From Octopus vulgaris (taxonomy: Eukaryota): DNA of 64,000 bases. The notes beneath the pieces are model-generated. The model was given only the letters and a program-made list of their open reading frames with translations. It was not told where the DNA came from and did no database searches. The first letter of the stretch is position 1. Each line of letters begins with the position of its first letter. A program made the position numbers and the translations under genes. This document shows, piece by piece, positions 16,005-29,840 of this stretch. The stretch spans positions 76,446,001-76,510,000 of the forward strand of contig OX597816.1 in assembly GCA_951406725.2 (NCBI GenBank), in the 5' to 3' direction.

Positions 16005-16170
16005 TGTTAGAAATAGTGTCCAAATCTTCCTCAAATCACATTCTACCGTCTTAAAAAGAGTTACATCAGATAATGTTATTCGGCGTACATTACATACAAC
16101 AAAATACAATGTTAATTTTTGAAACGCCTTTTATCATAGGCTTGCACGACTAGAACAGAACTAAAGCTAA
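16005..16170 (+). repeat. Old dispersed repeat (agaaatag..caaatc..ctcaaatcaca..ccgtcttaaaa...ttgatcatagg)
   Basis: Degenerate relatives at about 15515-15640, 16330-16560, 35375-35525, 58540-58700 and 58840-58950. Confidence 0.5.
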
Positions 16171-17404
16171 ACTGTAACACTTGTCCTTTATCCAATGATA
16201 ATCTAATTATTAATTATTGTTAACAACATGCCTCATGTCTTTAAGCAAGGTCATCTCTAAGCAATGGTTGAACATGTTTAAAATAGTAGTTAAATAACTC
16301 ACATATCCTTCCATAGCACTTTCAGCTAACCAAGAAATCTCTGCACAGTCCCCTGACTCTCTAAAAGTAGCTCTGAGATCTTCCTGAAATCACCATCTTA
16401 AAAGCATAGATAATAACATAGCGCTGTAGTAGAAACATTAAGTGTAAAATAAAAGTATGGACTTAACGCTATATCCACTGCTAGAATACCAGTGAACACG
16501 TCTGTTCAACCATGTCCAACTAAAGGTAAAACAACACCAATGAGTGCGACCAAACCATGGTGTCTATTATTTGTTTGTTGTTTAAGAATTCACAATTATG
16601 GTCCTGGAACACAGCACCATTATAATAAAGTCAAAGCAGACAGTTTGTCGTACAGCTCATTTGCCAACACTGTATCCACTATGCCAACAAAAGCTCTCGT
16701 AACATATTGGAATAAATCTGAAATTTATGGAAATTAATCTGTTTATTGATTCAATAAATTCTAGCTAACAGCCAACACTCTGCTGAATGTCTTTCCGCTT
16801 TAAAGTATTTCAAAAATAGTTATTACTGTCAAGTTGTTCATCTCGAAAAATTATATTCCTGTAATATATTGTGTAAATATTTGACAGTGAGCACTATAAC
16901 AGAGTGATAATTGTCAACACGTAAACATAGAGAACAATATGAAGGAAGGATGGAGAGAAAGGGACAACGGAAAATATGGGGTTCATAGAAGGGACGGGGA
17001 AAAAATAACTGTCTAAAATATAACGATATAAAGAGGCTTATTTAAGAAAGAAGTGAAAGCAAAATGAGTTAGATGCATATACAGATGTATAGGTTTCTGA
17101 CTTGAGTATATGCATGAGAGAGTGTGTACGTGTGTCTATACATAAACGTATATATACACACACCAATAACTCACATATACACATCTATTTTCTTATCTTA
17201 TTATAGACAGATGTATGTGCTACCCATATTCATATCTACACATATTCAAATAAATCTATAGATAGATTCATTTATTACAGTCAGTCTCTAAATATAGACT
17301 ATTATGTAGTTTAGCTTCTGTCTTTCATTCGTACTCTCTCCTTTTCTCTTTCTCTCTCGAAAAATCTAATATCTGTACGTGTGCGTGCACGCGCGTATGT
17401 GTGC

Positions 17405-17494
<90 letters not shown>

Positions 17495-18972
17495 AGATAG
17501 AGATAGAAAGATATATAAATAGATAGAAAGATAAATGAATAGATTGGTAGATTTATAGATCTATAGCTAGATATCGCAAACTAAATGTATCAAAAGAAGT
17601 GTATATTTTGATACTAATTAATTGGATTCAATATTTCTAACAATACGTATATATATATTTCTCTAGCTAAGGCATCATTCCCAGCACGCTCGCACATACA
17701 CAAATATATGTACAAACACTCATACATGTATTCCTACACACTGTTATATGTGTGTATTTGTGTAGGTGGGTAGGTGTCTGTGTTTGTGTGGTGGCATTTG
17801 ATTTAGCTTTCTGTTGGTCCATTAGGAAAATGTGGGTTGTTGGCAAAAATGTATCTTTTTGAATGAAGTATTACAGTAACACGTCAACAAAGGACCTTTG
17901 ACTCTCTAAATGCAAATTGAAAAAAAAAATACTCCATAAATCTACAGCTGAGATTTTATTTCCTTTAATATGTGGTAATCAATAAATCGTATATTTTATG
18001 GAGGTGTGATAAAAAAAAAATAGCTGTTTTAAGTTATTGAGAAGTATCGGTCTTTTAGAATATTCATTTCCGACATAAAATCTTAAAGAATTGATTTCTT
18101 ATCACTAAACATATGTCCAATTGTTGCTAGAAACATTATTATTAGTCACTAGAATTGGACACAGGGGAAAATGAAGGCAAGAATATTTGTTTTTTGTAAC
18201 TATTAAGTGAGTTAGGAAGAGTATTCTAAGGATGGTACCAAGATCGAAATGTGCGGCTTTGTGAGTTTGGATTGAATTCAGCTGACTGGATTTTGGGCGA
18301 GTGTCCTATACAATAGCCTCTGGTCGACCCACTGTATGGCAGAAACTGCCCTGTTTAACATCACTACACCGGTATTTGAGGATTCTATGACAGACATTCA
18401 GCTTGTCAATAATTTCCTGCTTTCTTCCCACAAATGTCTGAGGATGTGACAATGCTCATGGACGCGTTTTGACTTTCTCTCACGAAGTTATATAAAACCA
18501 CTGCAATCACTCTCATCAGCTTAGAAAATTTATCTGATGTGTAAATCCATGCATGAAGATATCCAAAAAAGCTAAAATAAACATGCTTTCATGCAAACTA
18601 CAGTTTGCACCCTCACATTCAATTATAAACTACTGTCATGCGTTGTTGTCTTATATTAAAACAAATAAAGTCTCACTTTAGTGAATTCTCTACCCCAAAC
18701 TCTACCCTAATTGATCCAGACGCTGAAGAAGAGTTAACAATCTATCTACAAGTATTTCTCAGAATCTAAATTACATGTTCTGCATGCAAACACAAGTAAT
18801 CTTGTGTTTATCGAACAATGACCTCTAATGCGTGAACAGTTCTCTATGTTTGACAGCTTATACACCCGTTAGTTAATGCGCACAAGAACCAAAATGTTTA
18901 TATTTATATCTTCAAATATCTCCCTCTGCAAGTAAATGACATAGGTCAAAAACCTATTTGCAGCAATATATT

Positions 18973-19047
<75 letters not shown>

Positions 19048-19059
<12 letters not shown>

Positions 19060-19405
19060 GGCAGTTTGTCTGTGCGTGTTTCTGTGTGTCTGTTTTCTTG
19101 TACCCTCACCCTGACCACGGCGTTCAACCGATTCTGATGAAACTTGACACACACATAGCCCAATGTCATAATTCAAAACTAACGCAGCGAAAATTTTGAA
19201 AAGTTCCCCCAGTTCTGAAAAAAATCGATAAATTCGACATGGGGTCGAGAATCAGAAACACAAACCGCAAACTGTCTAGGGGACGCAACTCCACCTTTTT
19301 TAACTAAAAAAAAAAATTTACCATCATTTCTTTCCATCTTTTTGTTATTTTTGGGCTATAACTCTCTAAAAATGCTTATAGTTATTTGCACAAATAGCAA
19401 CGCCG

Positions 19406-19408
<3 letters not shown>
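19048..19408 (+). mobile_element. Non-autonomous Helitron-like (Lep1-type) element inserted in (TA)n
   Basis: tatataaacggcagtttgtctgtg start; aaccgattctgatgaaacttg motif; subterminal gcaacgccgggc; terminal CTAG lost. Confidence 0.6.
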
Positions 19409-19446
<38 letters not shown>

Positions 19447-19960
19447 ATCTGTTTTCTCAAAACAAGTTTAATCCCTCTGTGACCACCATAGCAATTTCCA
19501 GATAGCAATTGTAAATTGAAGTGCGAAGATATGAAATAATCTCTCCAGGCTAGACATCTAACTTAGTTCAATAGAAATTATCAATATGGAGTAGAGATAG
19601 ACTGAATAAAGTATATATTACGACGACACGCCCGCTCTAGCTGCTACTCATTTCTCTTTTATCGTCTGTGTACAAGTGCTAAAGGATAGGCTTGCACTCC
19701 TCTTTAAATAAGAATCTTAGAATATTACGCAACAGAAAAATTTTTAATAAACAAAAACAATCATCAAAACTAATGTATGAAATAAATCCAAGCAACTGAT
19801 TCTCTGCGAATCATAAAAAAGATTTCTCCTTTGGTCAACAACAATATTGAGGAAGTTACGAAGCCACTAAACGATCTGATAAAAACATAAGCCACACTTT
19901 CTTTATATAATAACCTACCGTTTTTCAGAAAAAGGAGAAGAAAATGCTTCATATTGTCCT

Positions 19961-20358
19961 AATCCTTTCTACTATAGGCACAAGGCCTGAACTTTTGGTG
20001 GAGTGGGGTAATCGATTACATCGACTCCAGTGCGCAACTGCTACTTATTTCATCGCCCTCGAAAGGATGATTGGCAAAGTCGACTTCGGCGGAATTTGAA
20101 CACAGAAAATAGCAGCAGATGAAATACCTATTTCTTTACTATACACAAGGGGCTAAACACAGAGGGGACAAACAAGTACAGACAAACGGATTAAGTTGAT
20201 TACATCGACCCCAGTGCGTAACTGGTATTTAATTTATCGACCCCGAAAGGATGAAAAGTAAAGTCCACCTCGGCGGAATTTGAACTCAGAACGCAGCGGC
20301 AGACGAAATACCGCTAACTTTTCCCGGCCTGCTTACGTTTCTCCCAGCTCCTCGCCTT
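19961..20358 (-). mobile_element. Tandem pair of SINE family B copies
   Basis: Two successive copies (19961-20128, 20129-20358) with different 3' tails; head aggcgaggagctgggagaaacgtaagc on the minus strand. Confidence 0.85.
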
Positions 20359-20849
20359 TCATATAGTCCAAATCACATAGTGTAATGAAAGACACAGATG
20401 AAATGGGCTCATTTCGAGAAACACGTTTTGGTCCAAAGTCAACATCGTTAATGTTGCCTCGTGGTTAAACAGCAACAATAATCGTAAACAATATACAGCT
20501 AACATTAGATTTCAATTTAAATTCGACGTTTAAAACTCTCTGACAATCTCTCAAGGCAGCAAAACACTCTCTGAATATCAAAGAAAGAAAATTCTTTTAA
20601 AAATCAAAGCTAATAATGTACGAATTACATCATTAATTTTGATAATTTTTTTAGTGAACCAGAGACTGTCTCACAAAAATAGAGCTGTCTGAACGGAGTT
20701 AAATTACGCTACTGTTCGGGACATCTATAAGATACAGGACGATATCTCTTTAATCAAATATAACAAAATCTCCCTGAAATCATCATACCGCTTTAGTAGT
20801 AAATAAACCCAGTAGGTAATGTAATTATAGATACATTATAAAATAAATA

Positions 20850-21065
20850 AATGCGCCCTTTTAAAGCATAGCCAGGCTCATGGGCCTGGTTTCCCGGTTT
20901 CAATGGCGTATGTGCTACTCGCTGGACGGGACGCCAGTCCATCGTAGCGTTACTCATCTTTGCCTGCTGAGTGGACTGGAGCAATGTGAAATGAAGTGTT
21001 TTGCTCAAGAACACAACGCGTCACCCGGGCCAGGAATCGAAACCACAATCTTACGATCGTGATGG
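20850..21065 (-). mobile_element. tRNA-derived SINE family C (CORE-like centre)
   Basis: Minus: gtaagattgtggtttcgattcctggcccgg...gtgttcttgagcaaaacacttcatttc...gaaaccaggcccatgagcctggcta. Confidence 0.8.
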
Positions 21066-21486
21066 TAAGAACAGCCGCCACAACACTTCTGATACGTAAA
21101 TAAACCTTACATTTCCTCTAAATGGAAGGTGTAAATGCAGGTCTCACAGCTGACAGATATTTACTATCTTTGATTTGGAAAATGTTTATAACATAATTTC
21201 TATTAATTTAACGTCACCAATTCCTAGAATGTAGACACGAGAAGGTCTTGGAGGATTCTTGATAAATTGAAGACTGTCACAAGTAATCATCTACCTGAAA
21301 TGCTTTCAAGGAATTTCGTGAACTTAATCAACTTCTAATGAGGGGAATCTACTTAAAAATATCATTCAATAATTGCTAATTCAGCTGAACACGCATTGCA
21401 ATACAAATACAACTACATACATACATACATACATATATGCACACAATTATACACGCGCATATATATCTACACACATACAAAAGCAA

Positions 21487-21544
<58 letters not shown>

Positions 21545-21587
21545 TATGTATGCATGTATGTACGTATGTATGTATGTATATGTATAT

Positions 21588-22005
21588 GGGCAGACTCTCC
21601 GTCAGTTGCGACGACAACCATTCCAGTTGATACGATAAACCTGTTCGCGAAGCGTGCAAATGAGTGAGCACTCCGCAGACACACGTACTTTTAACGTTGT
21701 TCTCAAAGAGATTCAGCATGACACAGAGTGTGACAAGGCTGACTCATTCAATTAGAGATAAAACACGTTTCTTACCGGATGAATAGACTTGAGCAACGTG
21801 AAAAAATAAAATGGCATTCTCAAGGACACAGCGCGCCGCCGTGATCGAACTCAGTACCTAATGATTCATTCTGTTCCATGATGAATCTCGCTGGAAACTA
21901 CGTTAAGGGGGCATTTGTCTGTAGAGTGTTTAATCACTTTCACGTTAATTACACGATCGTATTAACTGGAACACTCGTTGTCGTAATCGACAGAGAGCCC
22001 CCATC
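21588..22005. mobile_element. SINE (minus, 21588-21865) joined to an inverted copy of its own 3' body (plus, 21865-22005)
   Basis: gctgaatctctttgagaacaacgttaa...gtcgtcgcaactgacggagag on minus versus gatgaatctcgctggaaactacgttaa...gtcgtaatcgacagagag on plus. Confidence 0.65.
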
Positions 22006-23045
22006 CCATATATATATATATATATGCAGAAAAAGAGAGAGAAGAGGTGAAAGTCGAAGTCATAAACGATGCATAATTAAGTCATATTATATTTCTGTTT
22101 TATTATCCTCTATTCGTTTATATTTTGAAATACAAAATGACCTTTTAAAAGTTAAACATCTATAAATATAATTGTTACTATCCGAACCAGAAGATATTGA
22201 AAATATTTAAATTTAGTAAAGAAGAAGTGGAGATAAAGTCAAAGGCCATGCATCGTATTTATTCACTGTTTTCGACTTAGTATGAAAAAATAGATTCCAG
22301 AAGGTAGATTCCTACGGCAGCTCATGTAGTTAATGAGTTCTGAGAAAACATTCAGGTGGCACAAACTGTGACATTTTATTCGCTGAGTAGACTGGAGCAT
22401 CGTGAAGATATAAAATATCTTCACGGGATCAAAATCAGTATCTAACGATTCATTTGTCTCAGGCTGAATCCAGCTGAAAACTACGTTAAGCGTGCGTTTG
22501 TCTGTAGGTACTCCTATACCTATTTTTTCTTATTATTTGACATGGATCGACTGAATCCAAATATATTAGCAGACGATTCCGCTCAGTAAATTGAACCAGT
22601 CGAATTACTGCAACTAAAAGAACGCAAATTTCTTTTGTCTAAAAAAATCTACTCTGACCATGCATTAATCTTCACCCGACTGGATAAACATATTTTCTAC
22701 CTCCCCTTCTCTGCTATTGCGCGTTATACAGCCATTTTTGGGTTTTTTCTGCCTACGCACTCATTTATACGGCAACTAGCTTGCATATACCATTCTCCGT
22801 CTACTGAATAAATCACTCCTCAAATAGCATATGTCTAGTTGATAAAACAAATCAAGTCACCGTCAACGTTCTTTTCGTCTTACTCCAAAAGAAAACAGAA
22901 TTATATAATACTATTTTATTCACTTAGTTTTACATGTCCATCCCTTGTAGAATTCAAGCCGTAATTACTGGCATAGGCGGTCCTACCCTATATTAAAATG
23001 AATTTGTTTGAAATTTTAAGTTGTTTCCATTATTTTTTCCAACCC

Positions 23046-23077
<32 letters not shown>

Positions 23078-23081
<4 letters not shown>

Positions 23082-23129
23082 AGAGTTTACGAAAAAACAA
23101 AAGACGAAGACAGGTGGTGTGCAAAACCA

Positions 23130-23131
<2 letters not shown>
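23078..23131 (+). repeat. Short element end (tagggagagtttacgaaaaaacaaaagacgaagacaggtgg) embedded in (TA)n
   Basis: Same sequence forms the inverted termini at 39221-39442. Confidence 0.75.
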
Positions 23132-23167
<36 letters not shown>

Positions 23168-23433
23168 TCATTAACGATTCCTCCTAATTCATCGTTTTCT
23201 CACCACTCTTTAGATTCCGCCCTTCTAATCTCTTCATCGATTCTTAAAATTTGAATTCTTAACACTGAATGTTTTAATGCAGGTACATGTATGCATTATA
23301 CGCTTTCATTTTTGTATATTTGTACTTGAATTGATACTGTATATGAATATGCCTATGAGCCTATGATACGAAGTGATTTAATTTGTCAAAGGGAGTTGAC
23401 CTTTCAAACTTGTTCTCCATTTTTGCCTATATA

Positions 23434-23490
<57 letters not shown>

Positions 23491-24724
23491 AGAGAGAAAG
23501 AGAGAGATATAAGATATTCTCCGTATAGCATACACTTCGTAGTGCTCAAGAGGCTTAAATTTCAGCAGGTATAGGAGTAGATGTAAGGATAAGCAAGACA
23601 ACTTACTTATCCTCACAGTTACTCGTATGTGTGTGTGTGAATATTTTTATATATCTAAAGACGTCGATTTGTAGTGGGATCGAATCTGGAACCGCATGAT
23701 CTCGAAACGTCGTCTAAACTTTATAATATTTTACACAATTCACATGGATACAGTTGTCTATATTTGAGCTTTAAATCTAAAGAAACCCAATGAAAAACTG
23801 CTACGTCGAATGCTCTAGGAATTCTATCGTCCACTACGTAATTTTTTTAAAATTCTAATTTTAAAACTTATGAATTGAGGAAATAAATATTTTAGCTATA
23901 ATCTCACGGTTTTTATTGTTGAACTTGTTTCTGATTTTTCTCTTCTCTTAACTATAATTAGAAACATATCTGACAAACTATTGTATACAGAAAATCAATT
24001 GTTAATTCACCAATAGCCTTGCAGGACAAAATACGAAATGAAAAAGCTTCTTTGTTTGGTAGACAGTATAATGTGTGTGTATGTGTGAGTGTGAATGTGT
24101 GTGACTGTGTGTGCTTATACGAGGTGGGGGCGCGCGCGTGTGTATTTATTAGAAATGATAAGATAAACTGTTTGTTGGTGTCGATTTTTAAATTTTATTT
24201 TGCTTTCTTTCAAATTTCCGTTGTGTTGTGCCAAAAGTATATATATACTTTAACACGCACACACACAAACATGCACACAGACATATGCATACACATACAT
24301 ATACATACAGAGAATAAGGAGGGCGGGTTGGTGGAACATGACTATTGTGGCATAACTTTACGCCACCTGAATTTCACATTATTTTTGAAAATCATACCAT
24401 TCCACAACCGGTTAGGTTAATGTAAATAAATTTTCTTCACCTTCAAATGGCTTCATAACTTCTCTATGCACACACAGGCGTACATACACAAGCGTACATA
24501 CACAAGCGTACACACACATGTATACTCGCACGCACACATTAACATACATTTAATTACATACATTTGTGTTTGTGCGTGCGCGTGCCTGCTTGTGTCTGCA
24601 AAACACACACACACACACCTATACACGCACACAAATATATCTATGCATATGCATAGATATAGATATAGATTTTTTTACTTGTTTCAATCATTAGTCTGCA
24701 GTCATACTGAGGCACTATATATAT

Positions 24725-25505
<781 letters not shown>

Positions 25506-26193
25506 ATGGGCTTCGATGCAACGGCTTTTCAGTGTAACCACGTTGCTTTGTTGTAATATCAATATCAATTGAATTCAACAAATAAATATTTTGAAGTAGT
25601 CCTCCGTTGTTTGGCATGTCAACTAATCTTTTATTGTGGTATATTCATGAACGAAGATCATTCTGGATATTCTGTTTACGCCCACAAACAATATAACTAA
25701 TACGACGAAGATATAAAATTGCGTCGGTTGGAGATACTTTTATGGTCGACTAACAATCATTTGATTCTATTCTAACATCAAGTCAGGAAATAAGAATAAC
25801 AGGAAGACGTCAAGAAAATAAGAAATAAGAAAAATGTCATGATAATTAGTCTATACCATCAACAGCCGAACTTTTAACTTTAAAAAAATTCCGCCAAAAT
25901 TGGACAGCAAAGCAAAGTTTTTATTACATTTTTATGTTATAAAAACTCGTTATTTAACATCAGTTGGTTTTTTATGGTTCATATATATACTTCTGATTAC
26001 AAAGTCTCTCTCTCTCTCCCTCACATTCACACACACGTATATACATATATACATATATGTACAGAGACACCTAAACACACAGACACGCAAACACGTGCTA
26101 ACACACGCACACAAATATGTACACACAAACATATTGACACGTACACACGAGTACAAACACATACATTCGTGAAGGTGTGTGTGCGTGTGTGTA

Positions 26194-26262
<69 letters not shown>

Positions 26263-26297
26263 CTTGGATCCCAACGTGCTTGGACCCACCTGCGAAA

Positions 26298-26447
26298 TAG
26301 ATTTATTGTGCTTATCGGATTTAAAAGACTTCAGGAATATTGAGTGTCAGCATTTAAAATTGACGGCTGCTCCGGTCTCTTTCAAATTTTAACGTCTGTA
26401 CTCAGCTCACCTGAGCTCTTTAAAATCCGATAAACAGAATAAATCTA
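26298..26447. repeat. 150-bp imperfect foldback
   Basis: tagatttattgtgcttatcggatttaaaaga pairs with tctttaaaatccgataaacagaataaatcta; pairing continues toward a short central loop. Confidence 0.8.
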
Positions 26448-27119
26448 CCTTACTACCGCAACCACACGCATAACCTTCAGAAAACTTATACCAAAAGTTA
26501 TAAATGCAATAATAGAAATCCCTCTACATAATTGTCTTACGAATTATTCTCATTTGCACCAAATAGACATATTGTATACGATTGTTCAATATATTTATTT
26601 GAATTGATTTATTTTTGCTCGTTATACGTCACTTAATTACTCATCAAGTGACTACCTAAAATATTACAACTAAATTAATATGATTACTTCATTCATTTAA
26701 TTATTAATTATTCAATTAATCTCTTACACAACATTTTATTAATCTAGCGACAACTTAATATATTCTTCACCTTTCACCGAAATTACAATTAAAGTACTAC
26801 CTATTTATAGTTACACTCATTCAATTCACCCAGAACCCCATTTAAGCTTATTGTTTTTGACTTCGACTTGACTTAATAGCTACCCTATAGCCTCCCCTCC
26901 TGATGCTTAGTGTAAACCCTTCATTCATACATAATATACATACGATATTATGTGAGCATAAGGAGAGTCGTATGTAATGAGCTGGTAATGAAATAGGGAA
27001 GAGAGAAGAATTAACTCATAAGATTCTGCAGAAAATCTCGATTTATGTATATGTCTGAGGCTGGTGACAGACACACATACACATAGACACACACGCGTGC
27101 ACGTGCGCACACACATATA

Positions 27120-27300
27120 TAATAAAATTCTTCGAAGCGAAAACCCCTTACGAGTGATGTGAAGTTATATCTCTTTGACCGGTTTCCGAAAACGATCAGT
27201 TTCTGTACGATTTTCCTTCATTAGTCAACTCATGAGGAATTCCATGTCTCAGCACAAACTTTCTCTCATGTAGGAACTGACTAAACGCCTAAATTTTGGA
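27120..27300 (-). mobile_element. Possible mariner transposase remnant
   Basis: Minus strand reads RKFVLRHGIPHELTNE, resembling the WVPHELT motif; highly decayed. Confidence 0.3.
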
Positions 27301-28221
27301 ATTTAAAAAAGCCCCGGGGTCAAAGGTATTCGTTATGTTCCTTACCATTATGCCAAACAAAGCTTGCATCATCTGCTCACGTTGAATATGTTCCAGACTC
27401 TTTTAGCAGCCTCCCTTTAATTGTGTATGGCGTTCTCTCTACTTTTGAAACGCCATATTCAGTCGGCCAAAGACGTAAGGTTGCACCTCTTTGGGACCTT
27501 AACAGAGGTCCTGTAGTTATATATGCATATTTAAGTATGTATGCATATATATTTATGTATGTATGTATTTATGTATGTATGTATGTATGTATGTATGTAT
27601 GTATGTCTGCATGTCTGTGAGCGTACGTATATACATATGTTTATATATATATATATGTGTACATAATATACATATGTACACAAACTGAGAGAGAAAAAAG
27701 GGAACAGATACACAAATAAAATAAATGTTTTCCGTAGAATATACCTGGCACCCAAATATAAAGCTGTGACATAGATATATCAATATGTAAATAGACTGAT
27801 AGGCATATTCATATCCAGGCCTATATATAGAAACACACATAAATCCATCCATACATACGTGAATACTTCAATATCTACACATATGCATGCATGCAGGCAA
27901 TTATACACATCTATCCAACCAACTAGTCATCGACTCGTCTATTCATTCGTCCATCCGTTTATCCACCCATCCATCCATCCATCCATCCGTAATTTCATCC
28001 ATGTTTACATACATATATACACAGTCAAATTTGGATCTAAGCTGCTAGTCATTCATCGAGCTCGGTAAACAGATTACCTTGTTCAAGAATGAGAGATGTA
28101 AGATGTATGCATATATTAATCTATATAGATATGCGTGTTTGCATTTACCTGTATGTGCTTGTTGCTTGTAAATATGTATGTCTAGATAAAATTACGGACT
28201 TTTACGTGGACTAATCTATTA

Positions 28222-28899
28222 CGAGACAAGATAACATGTTCAACCATAGAAACAGAAACACATACGTAAACTATACAAAATCTGATATTAAGATTTCTGG
28301 AGTTATACATAAACAGCGAGAGAGCAAGACAGCTAAAGCTAAAAGGTAGGTGGTTTGGTTGATAAACAAGTATTTAGAAGATAATTCTTGAGTAAATTGT
28401 ATTAAAAGGATGGCTATTATTTAAGTATGAGTAGCTTAGTGTTGTAAGCAAAGCCAGCCACTAACAGGCAAATACGGAAGCGGATATATCCTAGGATTGA
28501 ATTACTTGTATATATAAACAGTGTCTGGTTTCTTGAAACTTCCTCCTTCAAAAATGGTATGGGTGCGCATTGCCCCCACACACTCGCAAGCACACACATA
28601 CACACACAAATAGGTATAATTGTTTACAGGCGTATATTTATACGCATGTATCAATCTTTCAGTAAGTTCCTTTTATACCCTGGTCTTGAAACGATTCAAC
28701 TTTTGCTGAATAAAGCTGGGTGTTATTGGGAAACTTAGTAGATGCCTTCCGTTACATTTAATTTAAACCACCTACCTTTTTGCTTTAGCTGTCTTGCTCT
28801 CTCGCTGTTTATGTATAACTCCAGAAATCTTAATATCAGATTTTGTATAGTTTACGTATGTGTTTCTGTTTCTATGGTTAAACATGTTATCTTGTCTCG
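28222..28899. mobile_element. Tc1/mariner-type MITE with 135-bp TIRs and TA TSD
   Basis: TIRs 28222-28356 and 28765-28899 (cgagacaagataacatgtt...ggtaggtggttt), about 2 mismatches; flanked by TA on both sides. Confidence 0.9.
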
Positions 28900-29287
28900 T
28901 ATATATATATATATATATATATTACTCAGCTGGTAAGCTTGCGAGGGGCCGGTGTCCCTTTCAGGGAGGAACATACATGCTAAATAAACCGGGTAACACT
29001 ACTGTGCTTCGTAAAGATTAATGTGAAGTCACCACATATATACGCTACAAACACATACACACGTACACATACCCACTCCATATACACATAAATATATATA
29101 TGCCATAATTACTAAGAAGCATTGTATAAAATATATTGTATAAAGGATTGTGGGTAAGGCCAAAACAATGCGAAGTAAATGCAAGTTGAATCACGAGAAA
29201 GCAAATATGTGAATTAATGTAGACTTACCTTGTATTCAATATTTCGGGGTTATGACCTCATTTTCAAGAAATAGACCAGTGTTGCCG

Positions 29288-29334
<47 letters not shown>

Positions 29335-29379
29335 CGTGTGTGGAGTGGACATGCGAAGAAAGGTGCCGCTATTGCAATT

Positions 29380-29830
29380 AGGTAGCTTCCTGTAACTCTC
29401 TTCTGTTGTTGATCTTGGATTTATCTTGGTTATGAATGTGGCCTCAGAGATTCTACGGTTGCCCCTGTTCCGCTGTGTAGCCTTGATGTGCACTGTGAAT
29501 TCCAGGGTCTGAAATTTTCGTAGGTGTTTCTTCACGGAATTGTCTGCCTGCATGTGTTCCTTAAGGCGTATGTGCAGTTTTCTTGTCGTGCTTCCTATGT
29601 AAGATGCGCCACATTTGCCACAGATAATCTCATATACAACACAGGTCCTCTGGCACAGTTCAGTGTCATTGGTGGCGCAGTTCAAGAATGTATACTCCCC
29701 GGAGTAGTGAAAGGTGTTGTTCTTGGACAGAGCTTTTCTCGGGGAAGGGCTGGTGTGCACTATCTGTATGTCGACTCCTTCCTATGCGGACTGCGTGTTG
29801 TATCGCTGCAGTAGTTCTGACCTCAAAGCG
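29380..29830 (-). mobile_element. Penelope-like element, GIY-YIG endonuclease fragment
   Basis: CVVYEIICGKCGASYIGSTTRKLHIRLKEH: GIY-YIG with PLE-type CxxC. Confidence 0.85.
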
Positions 29831-29840
29831 TGTGAGTATA

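Noticed and set aside
16303-16383. Minus-strand 81-nt open exon candidate (EDLRATFRESGDCAEISWLAESAMEGY)
   Set aside because: Overlaps a degenerate copy of the old dispersed repeat seen at 16005-16170; splice signals are probably chance.
16620-16717. Possible terminal exon LFQYVTRAFVGIVDTVLANELYDKLSALTLL*
   Set aside because: Short, no recognised family and no linked exons.
18720-18800. CTGAAGA motif, possible hammerhead
   Set aside because: No matching GAAA/stem III downstream; the same applies to partial motifs near 28940, 39790, 39940 and 54885.
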